A stretch of DNA of 64,000 nucleotides from Octopus sinensis (taxonomy: Eukaryota). How positions within the stretch are numbered: position 1 is the first letter of the stretch; every line of letters starts with the position of its first letter. The notes beneath the pieces were generated by a model. The model did not search any database. It was given only the letters and a program-made list of their open reading frames with translations, and was not told the origin of the DNA. The position numbers were made by a program, and so were the translations under genes. Of this stretch, positions 61,417 through 64,000 are shown in pieces. The stretch is taken from the NCBI RefSeq assembly GCF_006345805.1, contig NC_043001.1, positions 53,630,001 to 53,694,000 of the forward strand. Reading direction: 5' to 3'.

Positions 61417-64000
61417 GGAACAAACTATACGGTGACAGATATCATTATAGAAATACTCATATTGGCTTTTCGGTGCACAATGCACGCTTGATTCTAACAT
61501 GAGAGAAAACTAATATGAGAAGACCAACGAAAGTTGAAATCACGCGAACTGCAGGTCTCGGCACTGGAAGTGGCAGGGATTTATCTCCCCGCTAGTGATA
61601 TTTAAAACAAGAGTGCATTTTGTACCAAAAAGTCAATATCAGAGATTTTGTGATGGTATCTAATGCAGCATATTTTGTTTTAATAGAACCTGCACGTTTA
61701 CGTGAGGATAAATATTACCTCTCGGCAACAATACAGCTTCTGTCGCTAATAAAAATTTACTGGTGGACCATTTATATTCGATTGTTGATTCGTGCATTGT
61801 TTTCGAATGAGTCTCCAGCAAGCTAACAAATACACTTAACATTATTTTCTGTAGAAATGACACCAAAAACCAATTGAGTAAAAAAAGCAAAACCAAAAAT
61901 TTTAAAGAAGATAGGTGAATTACAGAGTCTGAAAGCTTTGTATGAAATTTAAATATACATTTCATATAACTGAGGAAATAACGAAATCGGTTTTAAAATA
62001 GTAAGACTTCGTACTTTATTTATTGTAGTTGCTTCCTTGCTTCTGTATTTAGTCTCTCATTGACTATAAGTAAAAATACTCTTAGTTTAATTTTTAATAT
62101 TAAATAATAAATGATAATATAATAATGTTTTAAGAATTTCTTTGGAATAATATTCTTTAAAGAATTGTAATGAAAATATAGTTTATCCAACGAAACGAAA
62201 TGAAAGGTGCACATTGATGGTCTAATTTATTAGATAACTGCACTTCTGGTAGGATTAACTGATTGAAAAGCATTAATTTTATAAATGTTTCATAATTTCA
62301 GTCATATGAAATTGTGGTTCACTTATATTATAATATCATGATTGTATTTTTAATTCAAAATGCTTATATAAAATATCATTGCATGCTATGCATATCTACA
62401 CATGCACCGCATATATATGTGCATCATAGTGTGCCCATAATTTCTATGTGTGCGGAAAGGTAAAATACCTCACTCATGGAATTGTGCCCTTAAGGCACAA
62501 TAATCACTTTCATTCCTCTGTAGAAGTGATAATTTAACTGGGAAGAACGTGCTCGTTGTTTTGTAGCCAGCTTCTCTTTGTTGGAGAAAACAATGATACG
62601 TAGTTAGTCGGAAAGATGAATAAACATTAGGTGATATGGCCCAATGATCCATATTTTCTAATATTCTCTGTAAAGATAAGAGTTACAATACATGCTCTTT
62701 CAAACAAGGTAGTTTTTATGCGTTTCAGTGTCGAAATATGGGTCTTTAACACCATCTCCAATGTTTGTAAATACATCTGTCGTTCTTTTGTTGTCTAGCC
62801 CTAAATAATCAATGTTGTATAGGTCGGCATTATTTCATATTACATTTCCTCATTTAAGACTCAAGAGAGTAGTCTAAGGAAAATATGGTTAGTAGGTATT
62901 GTAGTAGCCTCACAATTTTCTCTGTATGTTTACGTGGTTCCACACGACCAGGTGGGGAATGTAAACTCGATTTGTTATGATAACTGCTGTACCGCTTCAA
63001 GAAAGGAGATGCAGCAGTAGTTAGCTCAGCTACTAAATAAATTTAATATTCGTGTTTTGTATTCGACTAATGGCTTCACTCATGACGGCATAATATTTAT
63101 GCGAATGCATTTTTATAGTTGTCTAAAGTGAGGTGAGTGGACGAGCTAGTATCCTGAGAATTGCCTTATAGTTTTTTAGAAGCAGCTATATTTTGACATA
63201 GAAGATGCATGATCCAACATATACTGCCTCTACCCATGATATCTCATATTACGGCATTGTCCCAGTTGCTGTTTCATTGTTTGAAATATATGTGTCAATC
63301 TAAGGAAATTCGGTTGCTATTTCTTGCTATTTAAGGTTATATTTTGAACGTTAATGATGATTTACTTTGTTTCCAGTCTTTATGTAATCACAGAAAGTAT
63401 TGTGTTAGGCATTTGATGCAGTAACAAACTCTGTCCTTCGCAGTTTCAAACTTTATCAAATATTCTCTCATATAACTCGTCTCGAGTGGAAATTGAAATT
63501 ATACGTATTTCTCAGTGTTCTATAATGAACTGGAATGCACAACACATGACGGACGTCTGGATTCTGGATACAAATAATTTGCTTACTATGGTATTATTTT
63601 CTGCACTAATTCTCAAGAGTACTCTAAGAACGATGTTGCAATATTCTGATCATTCTTTTCTCGGTCTTCTACTTTGGAACTATATTTCTTCTGCTTGTTT
63701 CTGGTGGTACTGTGTATTTGATGACATCTCTCATTTACCGCTTTTTTCTCAATAACGTTCTTCTCAACTACAACAAAATTCTTAACATATCGTGTTATTA
63801 ACTGCAAAATAAATATTTACTGACGGCAATGTGTAAATTGCACCCGTTTAATTTAAAAAGTGATTAGGTGAAGCACCAAAATATCTCTGATAACCTGCTT
63901 AGTACAATGTAATAATTTTTCGTACAATGTAATAACAGTTCTTAAATTTCTTTGTAAATCAATTAAACCAAATAGTATTATTTTCATAATGAAATTTGTT

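Noticed and set aside
62481-62501. attgtgcc-cttaa-ggcacaat hairpin as a piggyBac footprint
   Set aside because: An 8-bp stem is within chance expectation for 64 kb and there is no other piggyBac evidence

Overview
AT-rich, microsatellite-dense eukaryotic genomic DNA, mostly intronic or intergenic. The repeat inventory (tRNA-derived SINEs, CR1-group, RTE and R4/Dong-like LINEs, Penelope-like elements, a Helitron, Tc1/mariner elements) looks like a coleoid cephalopod, most likely Octopus; that is inference from remembered repeat families, not a search. No complete host gene and no intact autonomous transposon ORF is visible. One well-formed orphan coding exon candidate lies at 22334-22494 (+). 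Most ORFs in the supplied track are microsatellite read-throughs or antisense frames of decayed elements. Highlights: (1) a type I hammerhead ribozyme with every core nucleotide intact at 55791-55856, plus degenerate relatives in Penelope-like remnants; (2) a LINE 5' junction built by apparent template switching, carrying an inverted copy of nearby DNA; (3) a 3' terminal motif plus stem-loop shared by a LINE and a SINE; (4) an RTE LINE ending in three tandem C2H2 zinc fingers; (5) a cluster of RLE-type LINE ends chained through (TAA)n; (6) several palindromes and fold-back structures. All translations and alignments were done by eye; boundaries of decayed elements are approximate.
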